The position numbers and the translations under genes were made by a program. The notes beneath the pieces are model-generated. The model was not told the origin of the DNA and did not search any database. It worked only from the letters and a program-made list of their open reading frames with translations. From the IMG/VR virus record IMGVR_UViG_3300044632_000653: 64,000 nt of DNA. The stretch is one strand, 5' to 3'. This document shows, in pieces, positions 31,621-40,412 of this stretch; within the stretch, counting starts at the first letter, position 1; each line of letters begins with the position of its first letter. The stretch is from a virus.

Positions 31621-32514
31621 ATGGCACTCAATCCGTACATCAGAGTCAACAGCAAGACCTATGTCCCCGAGCAGAGCCTCATCGATGAACTGACGGTCGA
31701 GGCGATCAAGATCTACGGACATGAGATGTACTACATCCCTAGGGAGTTGGTCACTAGGGACGATCTGTTCGGCGAGTCGAAGTACTCACGATTCGTCTCG
31801 TTCAAGATGATTGAGATGTACATGGATACCACCACCGCATTTGAGGGCGGTGACACCTTCACGAAGTTCGGGTTTGAGATCAGGGACAGCGTCAAGTTCA
31901 CGGTGTCCCGAAGGAGGTTCAAGAGGGAAACGGGCAAGGACAGGCCCCTTGAAGGAGACTTGCTATTCCTCCCGATCAGCAAGGGTCTCTTTGAGATCAA
32001 GTTCGTGGAGCATGAGAATCCCTTCTATCAGTTGGGCAAACTCTACTCCTTCCAACTGACATGCGAACTGTTCCAATACTCGGAGGAGGAGTTCGACACG
32101 GGAGTTCCCGAGATCGATGCCATCAACGAGGAAACGGGGTTCAAGGTCAATCTCGACTTGGGGGCGGTCTATGGAGGAGGAACTTTTGCAGAAGGCGACA
32201 GCGTATATCAATACGAGAATGGCTCTCCTACAGGACCAACTGCGGGAGCGTCTGCGAGGGCGGTGGTCTTCTCGTATGACCCATACACAGATCCGCTCCG
32301 AGTATCTCTTTCCGATGTTGTTGGTACTTGGATCTCGGAGACCTCCTCGGGCGCAACCGCCTACATAGCCAAAGCAAACAACACCGTATACGCCTCCATC
32401 GCCGCAAAGGATGACACGATGGGGATCTTGGACGAGGCGAAGAACGAAGCCATCCAAGAGGAGGCAGACGGGGTCTTCAACTTCGATGAGGAGAACCCGT
32501 TCGGGGATCCATGA
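31621..32514 (+). CDS. gp14: Neck protein
   Basis: EQ.LI..L..E.IKIYG...YY.PR, KFG.EIRD, RP.EGDL, FEIKFVEHE.PFYQLGK, F.E.NPFG. Confidence 0.95.
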   Translation: MALNPYIRVNSKTYVPEQSLIDELTVEAIKIYGHEMYYIPRELVTRDDLFGESKYSRFVSFKMIEMYMDTTTAFEGGDTFTKFGFEIRDSVKFTVSRRRFKRETGKDRPLEGDLLFLPISKGLFEIKFVEHENPFYQLGKLYSFQLTCELFQYSEEEFDTGVPEIDAINEETGFKVNLDLGAVYGGGTFAEGDSVYQYENGSPTGPTAGASARAVVFSYDPYTDPLRVSLSDVVGTWISETSSGATAYIAKANNTVYASIAAKDDTMGILDEAKNEAIQEEADGVFNFDEENPFGDP

Positions 32515-32517
32515 TCC

Positions 32518-33369
32518 ATGCTTGAGTACTACTACCACAGCACCGTCAGGAAGGTCGTGGTGGGGTTCGCCTCGCTCTTCAACGACATCTATGTCTCTAG
32601 GAAGGGACAGTCGGGTGCGGAGAGCGAGAGGATCCGTGTTCCCCTTGCCTACGGACCACAGCAGAAGTTCCTTCGGCGGCTCGACAGGATCGGCACGGAC
32701 TTCGATCAGCAGGATGTGAGGCTTGAGACCTACCTGCCGAGGATGTCGTTTGAGATCAACTCCCTTCAGTACGACTCCGCAAGGAAGTTGAACAGCATTC
32801 AGCAGACTGTCGGGTACGCCGCATCGGCTGACAACAAGTTGAAGCGGCGGTACGAGCGTGTCCCCTACAACATGCAGTTGACGGTGGGGGTTATGACCAA
32901 GACGATGGATGACTGCCTACAGATCGTGGAGCAGATCCTTCCGTACTTCACCCCCGAGTATGTGTTCACGATCAAAGCCATAGACGGGCTCGACACCGAT
33001 GTCGATGTGCCTATCGTGATCTCGTCCGTCGCCCTGACCGAGGGCGATGACGGCTCCTACGGCGACTACTCGACACGCAAGATCAACTTCGCCAACATGG
33101 CTTTCCAAGCGAAGATGTACCTCTACGGTCCCGTGAAGACCGTGCCCGTGATCACACAGGCAGAGGTGAACTTCTTCGACTTCGGCGACTACGGCAAGGA
33201 CAGGGACACCCTCAAGAAGTACGCAGACATCAGCGTCACGGCGGCTGACGGAATCACGGCGGGTAGTTACGCACCGTCGCTCACGGCGGGTTGGACGGGT
33301 GCGGGTGCGACCCATGCGAATGTCAGCATTCGTGAATATCCACCGTATGCGTGGGGAACCACAGGATGA
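32518..33369 (+). CDS. gp15: Tail sheath stabiliser / terminator
   Basis: YYH..RK.VV.F..LFNDI, VPLAYGP.QKFL.R, LPRMSFE, QIVEQILPYF.P, LYGPV. Confidence 0.95.
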   Translation: MLEYYYHSTVRKVVVGFASLFNDIYVSRKGQSGAESERIRVPLAYGPQQKFLRRLDRIGTDFDQQDVRLETYLPRMSFEINSLQYDSARKLNSIQQTVGYAASADNKLKRRYERVPYNMQLTVGVMTKTMDDCLQIVEQILPYFTPEYVFTIKAIDGLDTDVDVPIVISSVALTEGDDGSYGDYSTRKINFANMAFQAKMYLYGPVKTVPVITQAEVNFFDFGDYGKDRDTLKKYADISVTAADGITAGSYAPSLTAGWTGAGATHANVSIREYPPYAWGTTG

Positions 33370-33854
33370 CGGGAGAAGGCGTGAACGACATCGACATGAA
33401 CATAGCGAAGACACTCGGCATAGATCCCCCCCATGCGCCCGTGCGCACGGACACGCCCGAGCCCGCACCCGAGCAGGAGATACTCCCCGCAAGGCAGGGC
33501 GGATACACCTCGCAGGATGCCGACAAGGACTATGCGGAGGTTCGCCGCAACCTCAAGGTGGTGATTGAGAAGTCCCAAGAAGCCATCGAAGGGATCATCG
33601 AACTCGCACAGGACAGCCAACAGCCCCGAGCCTACGAGGTGGTGGCGCAACTCATACAGTCGAACCTTGAGGCGAACACACGGCTCATGGACCTGCACCG
33701 CCGCATGAAGGACATCAAGCGGCAGGATGTGGTCAACAAGACCACGAATGTGACCAACAACTCGATCTATGTGGGCAGCACCGCAGACCTACAGAAGATG
33801 ATCCGTGACCAAAGGAAGGCTATGGATTCGGGGGAGGAGCCTTCCCATGAGTAG
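33366..33854 (+). CDS. gp16: Terminase small subunit
   Basis: DY..VR.NL...I.K...AI, PRAYEV...LI, NNSIYVGST.DLQK. Confidence 0.93.
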   Translation: MTGEGVNDIDMNIAKTLGIDPPHAPVRTDTPEPAPEQEILPARQGGYTSQDADKDYAEVRRNLKVVIEKSQEAIEGIIELAQDSQQPRAYEVVAQLIQSNLEANTRLMDLHRRMKDIKRQDVVNKTTNVTNNSIYVGSTADLQKMIRDQRKAMDSGEEPSHE

Positions 33855-35529
33855 CGACGGAACCTACATGGGCAACCCCCTCCTCAAGGGGGAGTATGTC
33901 CAACAGGAGTTCACCAAGGATCAACTCGCCGAGTACATCAGGTGTTCCGAGGATCCCGTTCACTTCATTGAGAACTATGTCAAGGTCGTGACCATCGATG
34001 CGGGACTCGTACCGTTCAAGATGTACGGGTGGCAGAGGGACATCGTCAGGTCCGTCTTCGACAATCGCTTCGTCATCTGCAAGATCCCCCGACAGAGCGG
34101 CAAGACAACCACCTTGGTGTCCTGCATCCTGCACCTCGTCCTGTTCAATCCCGACTACAAGGCTGCGATCCTCGCCAACAAACTGAAGACGGCGACCGAG
34201 ATCATGGACAGGGTCAAGATCGCCTACGAGAACCTCCCCAAGTGGCTACAGCAGGGAGTTCGGGAATGGAACAAGACCTCGGTCACCCTTGAGAACGGCT
34301 CCAAGATCGTCTGTTCCTCGACCTCGTCCTCCGCTGTCCGTGGCTCGGCGTATAACTTCCTCCTCCTAGACGAGTTCGCCTTCGTCCCCGATCAAATCGC
34401 AGAGCAGTTCTTCGCCTCGGTGTATCCGACGATCACCTCGGGTAAGACGAGCAAGACGGTCATCGTCTCCACCCCGAACGGGCTGAACCTGTTCTACAAG
34501 ATGTGGCAGAACGCAAAGAACGGCAAGAGCGAGTTCAAGCCCGTCGATGCCCATTGGTGGCAGGTCCCAGGTCGTGACGATAGGTTCAAGGAAACCACGA
34601 TCAGGAACACCTCCGAGAGGCAATGGCTCTCGGAGTACGAGTGCGAGTTCCTCGGGTCGCAGGAGACCTTGGTCAAGGCATCCAAGATCGCAGCCCTTGC
34701 CTTCACCACCCCGATCCTTGAGACCGAGGAGGGGATGACGGTCTATGAGAATCCAATAAAGGGGCACATCTATGCCGCCACGGTGGACTCCTCACGGTCC
34801 ATCGGGCAGGACTACAACACGATGACGGTGATCGATGCGACCACCGTTCCGTACAAGGTGGTCTGCAAGTTCCGTTCCAACACCATTCCCGTCCCGATCT
34901 TCCCCGAGGTCATCAAGCAGGTGGGGAGCAAGTACAACGAGGCGTATGTCCTTGTCGAGATCAACGACACGGGGCAGCAGGTCGCCGACATCCTCAAGGA
35001 TGACTTGGAGTACGAGAATGTCATCTCCATCTCCATCAAGGGCAAGAAGGGTCAGAGGGTCGGCGAGGGATTCGGCGGGGCTAGGGTCTATAACGGTGTC
35101 AAGATGTCGGCTCAGGTCAAGAAGGTGGGATGCCTCATCCTCAAGGAGATGATCGAATCCGACAAGTTGATCCTCAACGACTTTGACATCATCTCGGAAC
35201 TCTCGACCTACATCCTCAAGGCGGGTTCATACGAGGCGACGGAGGGATACCACGACGATCTTGTGGCGACCCTCGTCATGTTCGCATGGCTCACCACGCA
35301 GGAGTACTTCAAGGACTTGGTCAACCTAGATGTCAGGAAGCGGGTCTTTGAGGAAAAAATCAAGAAACTGGAGGAGGACATGGTCCCCTTCGGATTCATG
35401 GACATCGGCACGGACGAGATGGACGAGGCTGTCAAGGCTCTGTCTAGCGAGCCCAACATGGCTCCGAAGCCTTCCAAGCGAAACAGGTCTTGGATGGACG
35501 ATGCCGACGAGATCCTCGGTCAGCCTTGA
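33847..35529 (+). CDS. gp17: Terminase large subunit
   Basis: Y.GNPLLK, PRQSGKTT (Walker A), LLDEFAF (Walker B), VSTPNG.N.FY, HDDLV..L. Confidence 0.97.
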   Translation: MSSDGTYMGNPLLKGEYVQQEFTKDQLAEYIRCSEDPVHFIENYVKVVTIDAGLVPFKMYGWQRDIVRSVFDNRFVICKIPRQSGKTTTLVSCILHLVLFNPDYKAAILANKLKTATEIMDRVKIAYENLPKWLQQGVREWNKTSVTLENGSKIVCSSTSSSAVRGSAYNFLLLDEFAFVPDQIAEQFFASVYPTITSGKTSKTVIVSTPNGLNLFYKMWQNAKNGKSEFKPVDAHWWQVPGRDDRFKETTIRNTSERQWLSEYECEFLGSQETLVKASKIAALAFTTPILETEEGMTVYENPIKGHIYAATVDSSRSIGQDYNTMTVIDATTVPYKVVCKFRSNTIPVPIFPEVIKQVGSKYNEAYVLVEINDTGQQVADILKDDLEYENVISISIKGKKGQRVGEGFGGARVYNGVKMSAQVKKVGCLILKEMIESDKLILNDFDIISELSTYILKAGSYEATEGYHDDLVATLVMFAWLTTQEYFKDLVNLDVRKRVFEEKIKKLEEDMVPFGFMDIGTDEMDEAVKALSSEPNMAPKPSKRNRSWMDDADEILGQP

Positions 35530-35543
35530 AATCTAGCCGAGGC

Positions 35544-35549
35544 TAAATA
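35544..35549 (+). promoter_or_regulatory. T4-type late promoter (TAAATA) upstream of gp18
   Basis: Same element precedes gp48, fibre 1 (20949), 25447, fibre 2 (27076), gp13 (30729) and gp23 (44477); TACATA variants at 37491, 42655, 43343, 45939. Confidence 0.75.
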
Positions 35550-35582
35550 CCCCCGTTCAACCTATCCAAGGAGAGAGCAGAC

Positions 35583-37469
35583 ATGGCATTCCAACTCAGC
35601 CCAGGCGTGAATGTGACCGAGCGGGACCTCACGACGATTGTCCCTGCGGTCGCTACTACCAATGCGGGTATCGTGGGTCTTTTCAACTGGGGTCCCTGCA
35701 ACAAGAGGATCCTCGTTGACAGCGAGAACAACCTCGTTCAACTTTTCAGCACCCCCGATGACAATGTCGCCGAGTGGTGGTTCTCTGCCGCCAACTTCCT
35801 CGGATACGGCAACAACCTCCAAGTGGTCCGTGCCAAGATCGACGGCATGGTGAACGCCAACGCAAGGGGCTTCACGGGCGGCACCGCCGCCGACTCCGAC
35901 GATGCCATGATTGAGAACGATGACAAGGTCGGCTTCGTCACCGTGGACAACATGGGCTCGTTCGTTGCCCGTTACCCTGGTGCCATCGGCAACAGCCTTG
36001 AGGTTCAGATCTGCGGATCGCTTTCAGTCACCGCCGTGTCCAACATCACGGGGGGTGGAACTACTGCCTACGGTGCGGACTTTGAGGATTGGACCTACGC
36101 CACTCAGTTCGACTCCCGTCCGACCACGACCTCGTACATCGAAAGTCTGGGCGGTTCGGCTGACGAATTCCACGCCGTTGTCATCGACCGCAAGGGTCTC
36201 TTCTCGGGAACCCGTGGTGAGATCCTTGAGAAGTTCCAAGGCATGTCGTTCCTTCCGAATGTCACCGATTCGATTGGCAACAGCCTCTACTATGTGGACA
36301 AGATCAACCGTGAGTCGAAGTACATCTTCGCCGTGGAGAGGTCGGGGGCGAACGACTACGACGATCTGTTCATCGGAGGCACGGGTGCATGGGGCAACTC
36401 TGCCGTCAAGACTTGGTACTTGGCGGGTTCTCTCAGCACCACCTCGGGTATCACCGCTAGCAATGTGTCCTTCGGCGTGGGCGTGTGGCAACTCGGTGCG
36501 GGTAGCGACGGTCTCACCGCAGACCAAACCAACTACATGAAGATCGCCTTCGGTCAGGATTCGGACTCGGATCCCGAAGGCTATCGCCTGTTTGAGGATT
36601 CGGAGACGGTCGATGTCAACCTCCTGATCGGCGGTCCCGACAAGACCTTCACCCCGAACTCCAACGACCTCGCCGCAAGCGTCACGGGCTTCGTCGCACA
36701 GTCCATCAAGGACATCGTTGATGCCCGTAAGGACTGCGTGGCGTTCTTCAGCGTCCCGAACAAGGACCCGAACGAGACGGATCAGACCAAGCAGGACCGT
36801 GCCGTTCAGTATCGCAACAACATCGGCTCGTCCTCGTACTGCGTGATCGACAGCGGTTACAAGTACATGTACGACATCTACAACGACAAGTACCGTTGGG
36901 TCCCGCTGAACGCCGACATCGCAGGTCTCTGCGCCCGTTCCGATGTCAACTTCGACCCGTGGTACAGCCCCGCAGGTTTCAACCGTGGTCAGATCCGTGG
37001 CGTGGTCAAGTTGTCGTTCCAACCCCGTCAGGCGGCTAGGGATGTCCTCTACAAGAACGGCATCAATCCCGTCGCCACCTTCAGCGGCGAGGGAACCGTC
37101 CTCTACGGCGATAAGACCGCCCTCGCCAAGCCCTCGGCTTTCGACCGCATCAATGTGCGCCGTCTGTTCATCGTGCTTGAGAAGGCGATCTCGACCGCAT
37201 CGAAGTACAGCCTGTTTGAGTTCAACGATGCCTTCACCCGTGCGCAGTTCCGCTCGCTTGTCGAGCCATTCCTCCGTGATGTTCAGGCTCGCCGTGGCAT
37301 CTTCGATTTCAAGGTCGTGTGCGACGAGAAGAACAACACCCCCGAGGTCATCGACAGCAACAGGTTCGTCGCAGACATCTACATCAAGCCGAACCGAAGC
37401 ATCAACTTCATCCAGTTGAACTTCATCGCCACCAAGACGGGCGTGAACTTCAACGAGGTCGGTGCCTGA
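35583..37469 (+). CDS. gp18: Tail sheath protein
   Basis: MAFQLSPGVNVTERDLT, PWYSPAGFNRG, SAFDRINVRRLF, IYIKPNRSINFI.LNFIATKTG. Confidence 0.98.
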   Translation: MAFQLSPGVNVTERDLTTIVPAVATTNAGIVGLFNWGPCNKRILVDSENNLVQLFSTPDDNVAEWWFSAANFLGYGNNLQVVRAKIDGMVNANARGFTGGTAADSDDAMIENDDKVGFVTVDNMGSFVARYPGAIGNSLEVQICGSLSVTAVSNITGGGTTAYGADFEDWTYATQFDSRPTTTSYIESLGGSADEFHAVVIDRKGLFSGTRGEILEKFQGMSFLPNVTDSIGNSLYYVDKINRESKYIFAVERSGANDYDDLFIGGTGAWGNSAVKTWYLAGSLSTTSGITASNVSFGVGVWQLGAGSDGLTADQTNYMKIAFGQDSDSDPEGYRLFEDSETVDVNLLIGGPDKTFTPNSNDLAASVTGFVAQSIKDIVDARKDCVAFFSVPNKDPNETDQTKQDRAVQYRNNIGSSSYCVIDSGYKYMYDIYNDKYRWVPLNADIAGLCARSDVNFDPWYSPAGFNRGQIRGVVKLSFQPRQAARDVLYKNGINPVATFSGEGTVLYGDKTALAKPSAFDRINVRRLFIVLEKAISTASKYSLFEFNDAFTRAQFRSLVEPFLRDVQARRGIFDFKVVCDEKNNTPEVIDSNRFVADIYIKPNRSINFIQLNFIATKTGVNFNEVGA

Positions 37470-37513
37470 TCGTGATGATGGAAACCCCGATACATAAGGA
37501 GAAGGAGTCCTAA

Positions 37514-38140
37514 ATGTCACAGTTCAGCATCGATGCGTTCCGTGCGAACCTCATCAACGGTCTTGCGAGGAACAACCTGTTCCTCGTCCAAGGCAACTTC
37601 CCAGGCGGCGGAACCAACGCCATCCAAGGTGCGGCTGCGGTTGCAGGTGCCCTTTTCGGCGGCGCAGTCGCAGGTGCGATCACCAATGTCGCAGCGGCTG
37701 TAGGCGGCGGAAACCCGAGTGCGCAGATTTCGTTCCTCTGCAAGTCCTCAAAGATTCCGTCCTCGACCATCGCCACCAACCAAGCGTTCTACATGGGTCG
37801 CCCGTTCAAGTATCCTGGCGACAAGACCTTCAGCGATTGGGGCATGAGCGTCTACAACGACGGCACCTACGGTCTCCGCAAGTCCTTTGAGGCTTGGATG
37901 AACCTGATGAACACCAACAGGACCAACATCGGTCCCAACGGTGTCAGCGGTTACATGACCGATTGGACCGTCACCCCGCTCACCCGTGAAGGCAATCCCA
38001 TCGCCCGATACAAGTTGATCGGTTGTTGGCCTACCACCATCGCAGAAACCACTCTCGACATGGCGGCGCAGTCCGAGCCTTCGACCTTCGATGTGACGAT
38101 TGCGTATCAGTACTTTGAAGTCGAAGGCGTGACCACCTGA
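37514..38140 (+). CDS. gp19: Tail tube protein
   Basis: GLAR.NLF.V, FLCK...IP, GR..K.PGD.TF.DW...VYND, P.......LD, F.VT..YQY. Confidence 0.93.
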   Translation: MSQFSIDAFRANLINGLARNNLFLVQGNFPGGGTNAIQGAAAVAGALFGGAVAGAITNVAAAVGGGNPSAQISFLCKSSKIPSSTIATNQAFYMGRPFKYPGDKTFSDWGMSVYNDGTYGLRKSFEAWMNLMNTNRTNIGPNGVSGYMTDWTVTPLTREGNPIARYKLIGCWPTTIAETTLDMAAQSEPSTFDVTIAYQYFEVEGVTT

Positions 38141-38168
38141 CATCAGGTAGACGAGGGAACTATACATC

Positions 38169-39671
38169 ATGGCACTCTTTGGCTTTGACTTAGGCCGCAG
38201 CAAGAAACAGAAGAAGCAGGACAAGGCTCTGAAGTCGTTTGTCGTTCCGACATTCGATGACGGAGCCATTCCTGTTGAAGCGGGTGGCTTCTACGGTCAG
38301 TATGTCGATCTCGACGGCACCGTCCGCAACGACTTTGAACTCACGATGAAGTACCGTGAGATGGCGCAGGACCCGATTGTCGAGGTCGCAATCGATGACA
38401 TCGTCAACGAGTCCATCATCATGGGCGAGAAGAAGTCTCCCGTGAAGATCCTCCTCGACAAACTTGACGAAAGCGACGGCATCAAGCAGAAGATCCACGA
38501 CGAGTTCAGGAACCTCATCAGGGTCATGCAGTTTGAGACCAAGGGAGCCGAGATCTTCCGCCGATGGTATGTGGACGGGAAGATCTTCTTCCACATCATC
38601 ATCGATGAGGAGAACCCGCAGAAGGGCATCCTTGAACTCCGCTATGTCGATCCGATGAACATTCAGAAGATCCGTGAGTACACCAAGGAGACCCTCAAGA
38701 ACGGCACGAAGATCATCACGGGGTACAAGGACTTCTACCTGTACAACAAGGACAATCCCCGTGCAGGTGGCAACGCTGCGGGAATCAAGATCAGCGAGGA
38801 TGCCATCGCATTCTGCTCGTCGGGTCTCATGGACAGCCGCTACAAGCGCACCGTGGGCTTCCTCCACAAGTCGATCAAGCCGCTGAACCAACTGCGGATG
38901 CTTGAGGATGCCATCGTCATCTACCGTATCTCCCGTGCGCCCGAGAGGCGTATCTTCTACATCGATGTCGGCAACCTGCCCAAGACCAAGGCAGAGCAGT
39001 ATGTCAAGGACCTGATGAACCGATACCGCAATCGCCTCGTCTACGATGCGAACACGGGAGAGGTCAGGGATGACAAGAAGTTCATGTCCATGCTTGAGGA
39101 CTATTGGCTTCCCCGCCGTGAAGGTAGCCGTGGTACCGAGATCACCACCCTACAGGGAGGTCAGAACCTCGGCGAACTCACCGATGTCATTTATTTTCAG
39201 AAGAAGGTCTACAGGGCGTTGTCCGTCCCCGCTAGCCGCCTCGACCAAGACAAGCAGTTCATGCTCGGTCGCAGCACGGAGATCACCCGTGACGAGGTGA
39301 GGTTCACCAAGTTCGTCCACAGGCTCCGCACCAAGTTCAGCGAACTGTTTTTCGACATCCTTCGGAAGCAACTGATCCTCAAGAAGGTGATTACCGCCGA
39401 CGAATGGCCCGAGATGAAGGAGTCGATCTACTTCGACTTCCTCAAGGACAACCTGTTCACCGAACTCAAGAACGCCGAACTGCGGAAGCAGCAGGTCGAG
39501 GAGTTGGGAAACATCAAACCATACATAGGTAAGTACTACAGCCATGAGTGGGTCCGCAGGAATGTCCTCGGTTTCTCCGAGTCCGACATCAAGGAAATGG
39601 ACCGTGAGATTGAGAAGGAACGCAACGCAGGAAAGATCGAACCCGACAACTCGCAGTTCGGTCTCGCCTAA
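38169..39671 (+). CDS. gp20: Portal protein
   Basis: IFRRWYVDG, NQLRMLEDAIVIYRISRAPERRIFYIDVGNLPK.KAEQY, MLEDYWLPRREG.RGTEITTL.GG. Confidence 0.98.
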   Translation: MALFGFDLGRSKKQKKQDKALKSFVVPTFDDGAIPVEAGGFYGQYVDLDGTVRNDFELTMKYREMAQDPIVEVAIDDIVNESIIMGEKKSPVKILLDKLDESDGIKQKIHDEFRNLIRVMQFETKGAEIFRRWYVDGKIFFHIIIDEENPQKGILELRYVDPMNIQKIREYTKETLKNGTKIITGYKDFYLYNKDNPRAGGNAAGIKISEDAIAFCSSGLMDSRYKRTVGFLHKSIKPLNQLRMLEDAIVIYRISRAPERRIFYIDVGNLPKTKAEQYVKDLMNRYRNRLVYDANTGEVRDDKKFMSMLEDYWLPRREGSRGTEITTLQGGQNLGELTDVIYFQKKVYRALSVPASRLDQDKQFMLGRSTEITRDEVRFTKFVHRLRTKFSELFFDILRKQLILKKVITADEWPEMKESIYFDFLKDNLFTELKNAELRKQQVEELGNIKPYIGKYYSHEWVRRNVLGFSESDIKEMDREIEKERNAGKIEPDNSQFGLA

Positions 39672-39680
39672 GGGGAGTAG

Positions 39681-40412
39681 ATGGAAAAGAACCGTCTCAG
39701 GAACGCCATCGACAGCCTCGTCGGAAAGGATGCTCCCTCATTCAGGGGCTCCGTCCGCACCGAGTTGTTCTCACGCATCCACGGCACCTTCGACTCCCTC
39801 AGGCAGGAACTCTCTCGGGACATCATCTCGGAGAACCTTCCAGGTGCGCCTTCCGCTCCTCCCGTGACCAAGCCCATCAAGGCAGGGGACCTCAAGATCG
39901 TCCCGACCGCTGCGGGTGCCGCCAAGGATGATATGTCCCTCGACCCGAACTTTGAGAAGGAGTTCTTCCAATCCTCCTCGGACTACAAGGGTCAGCGCAT
40001 CACGGTCAAGCAGTTGGGCACGGGCTTCGGAAAGCCCGTGAGGATCTACATCAACGACCGCCGATGGGAGTTCTTCCCTGGTCCCAAGGTAGGGATCAAG
40101 GCTGCGAAGGACTACATCGACGGCATGGTGAAGGATGTCAGGAAGGATCCGCAACTCGCCGCTGCAATGACGGCGCAGATCGCAAAGGACAAGGCTGCGG
40201 GTGTATCGACCGTCGCAGCACCCGTTGATGCAGGTAAGCCGAACGAGGTCGCCGATGCGAACCTCAAGCAGAAGGAACTTGAGACGGGTCAGCCTGTCGG
40301 CAAGGGCAAGCCTCCTGCGCAGAAGCCACCCGCAGCAGCGAAACCGAAGGCGGCTCCCAAGCCACCTGCACCACCGAAGCCGAAGCCAACGAAGGAAGTG
40401 AAGCCGAAATGA
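39681..40412 (+). CDS. Prohead core-region protein (gp67/gp68 position) with Pro/Lys-rich tail
   Basis: Lies between gp20 and gp21; contains an IISE (I-x-E) possible gp21 site. Confidence 0.55.
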   Translation: MEKNRLRNAIDSLVGKDAPSFRGSVRTELFSRIHGTFDSLRQELSRDIISENLPGAPSAPPVTKPIKAGDLKIVPTAAGAAKDDMSLDPNFEKEFFQSSSDYKGQRITVKQLGTGFGKPVRIYINDRRWEFFPGPKVGIKAAKDYIDGMVKDVRKDPQLAAAMTAQIAKDKAAGVSTVAAPVDAGKPNEVADANLKQKELETGQPVGKGKPPAQKPPAAAKPKAAPKPPAPPKPKPTKEVKPK

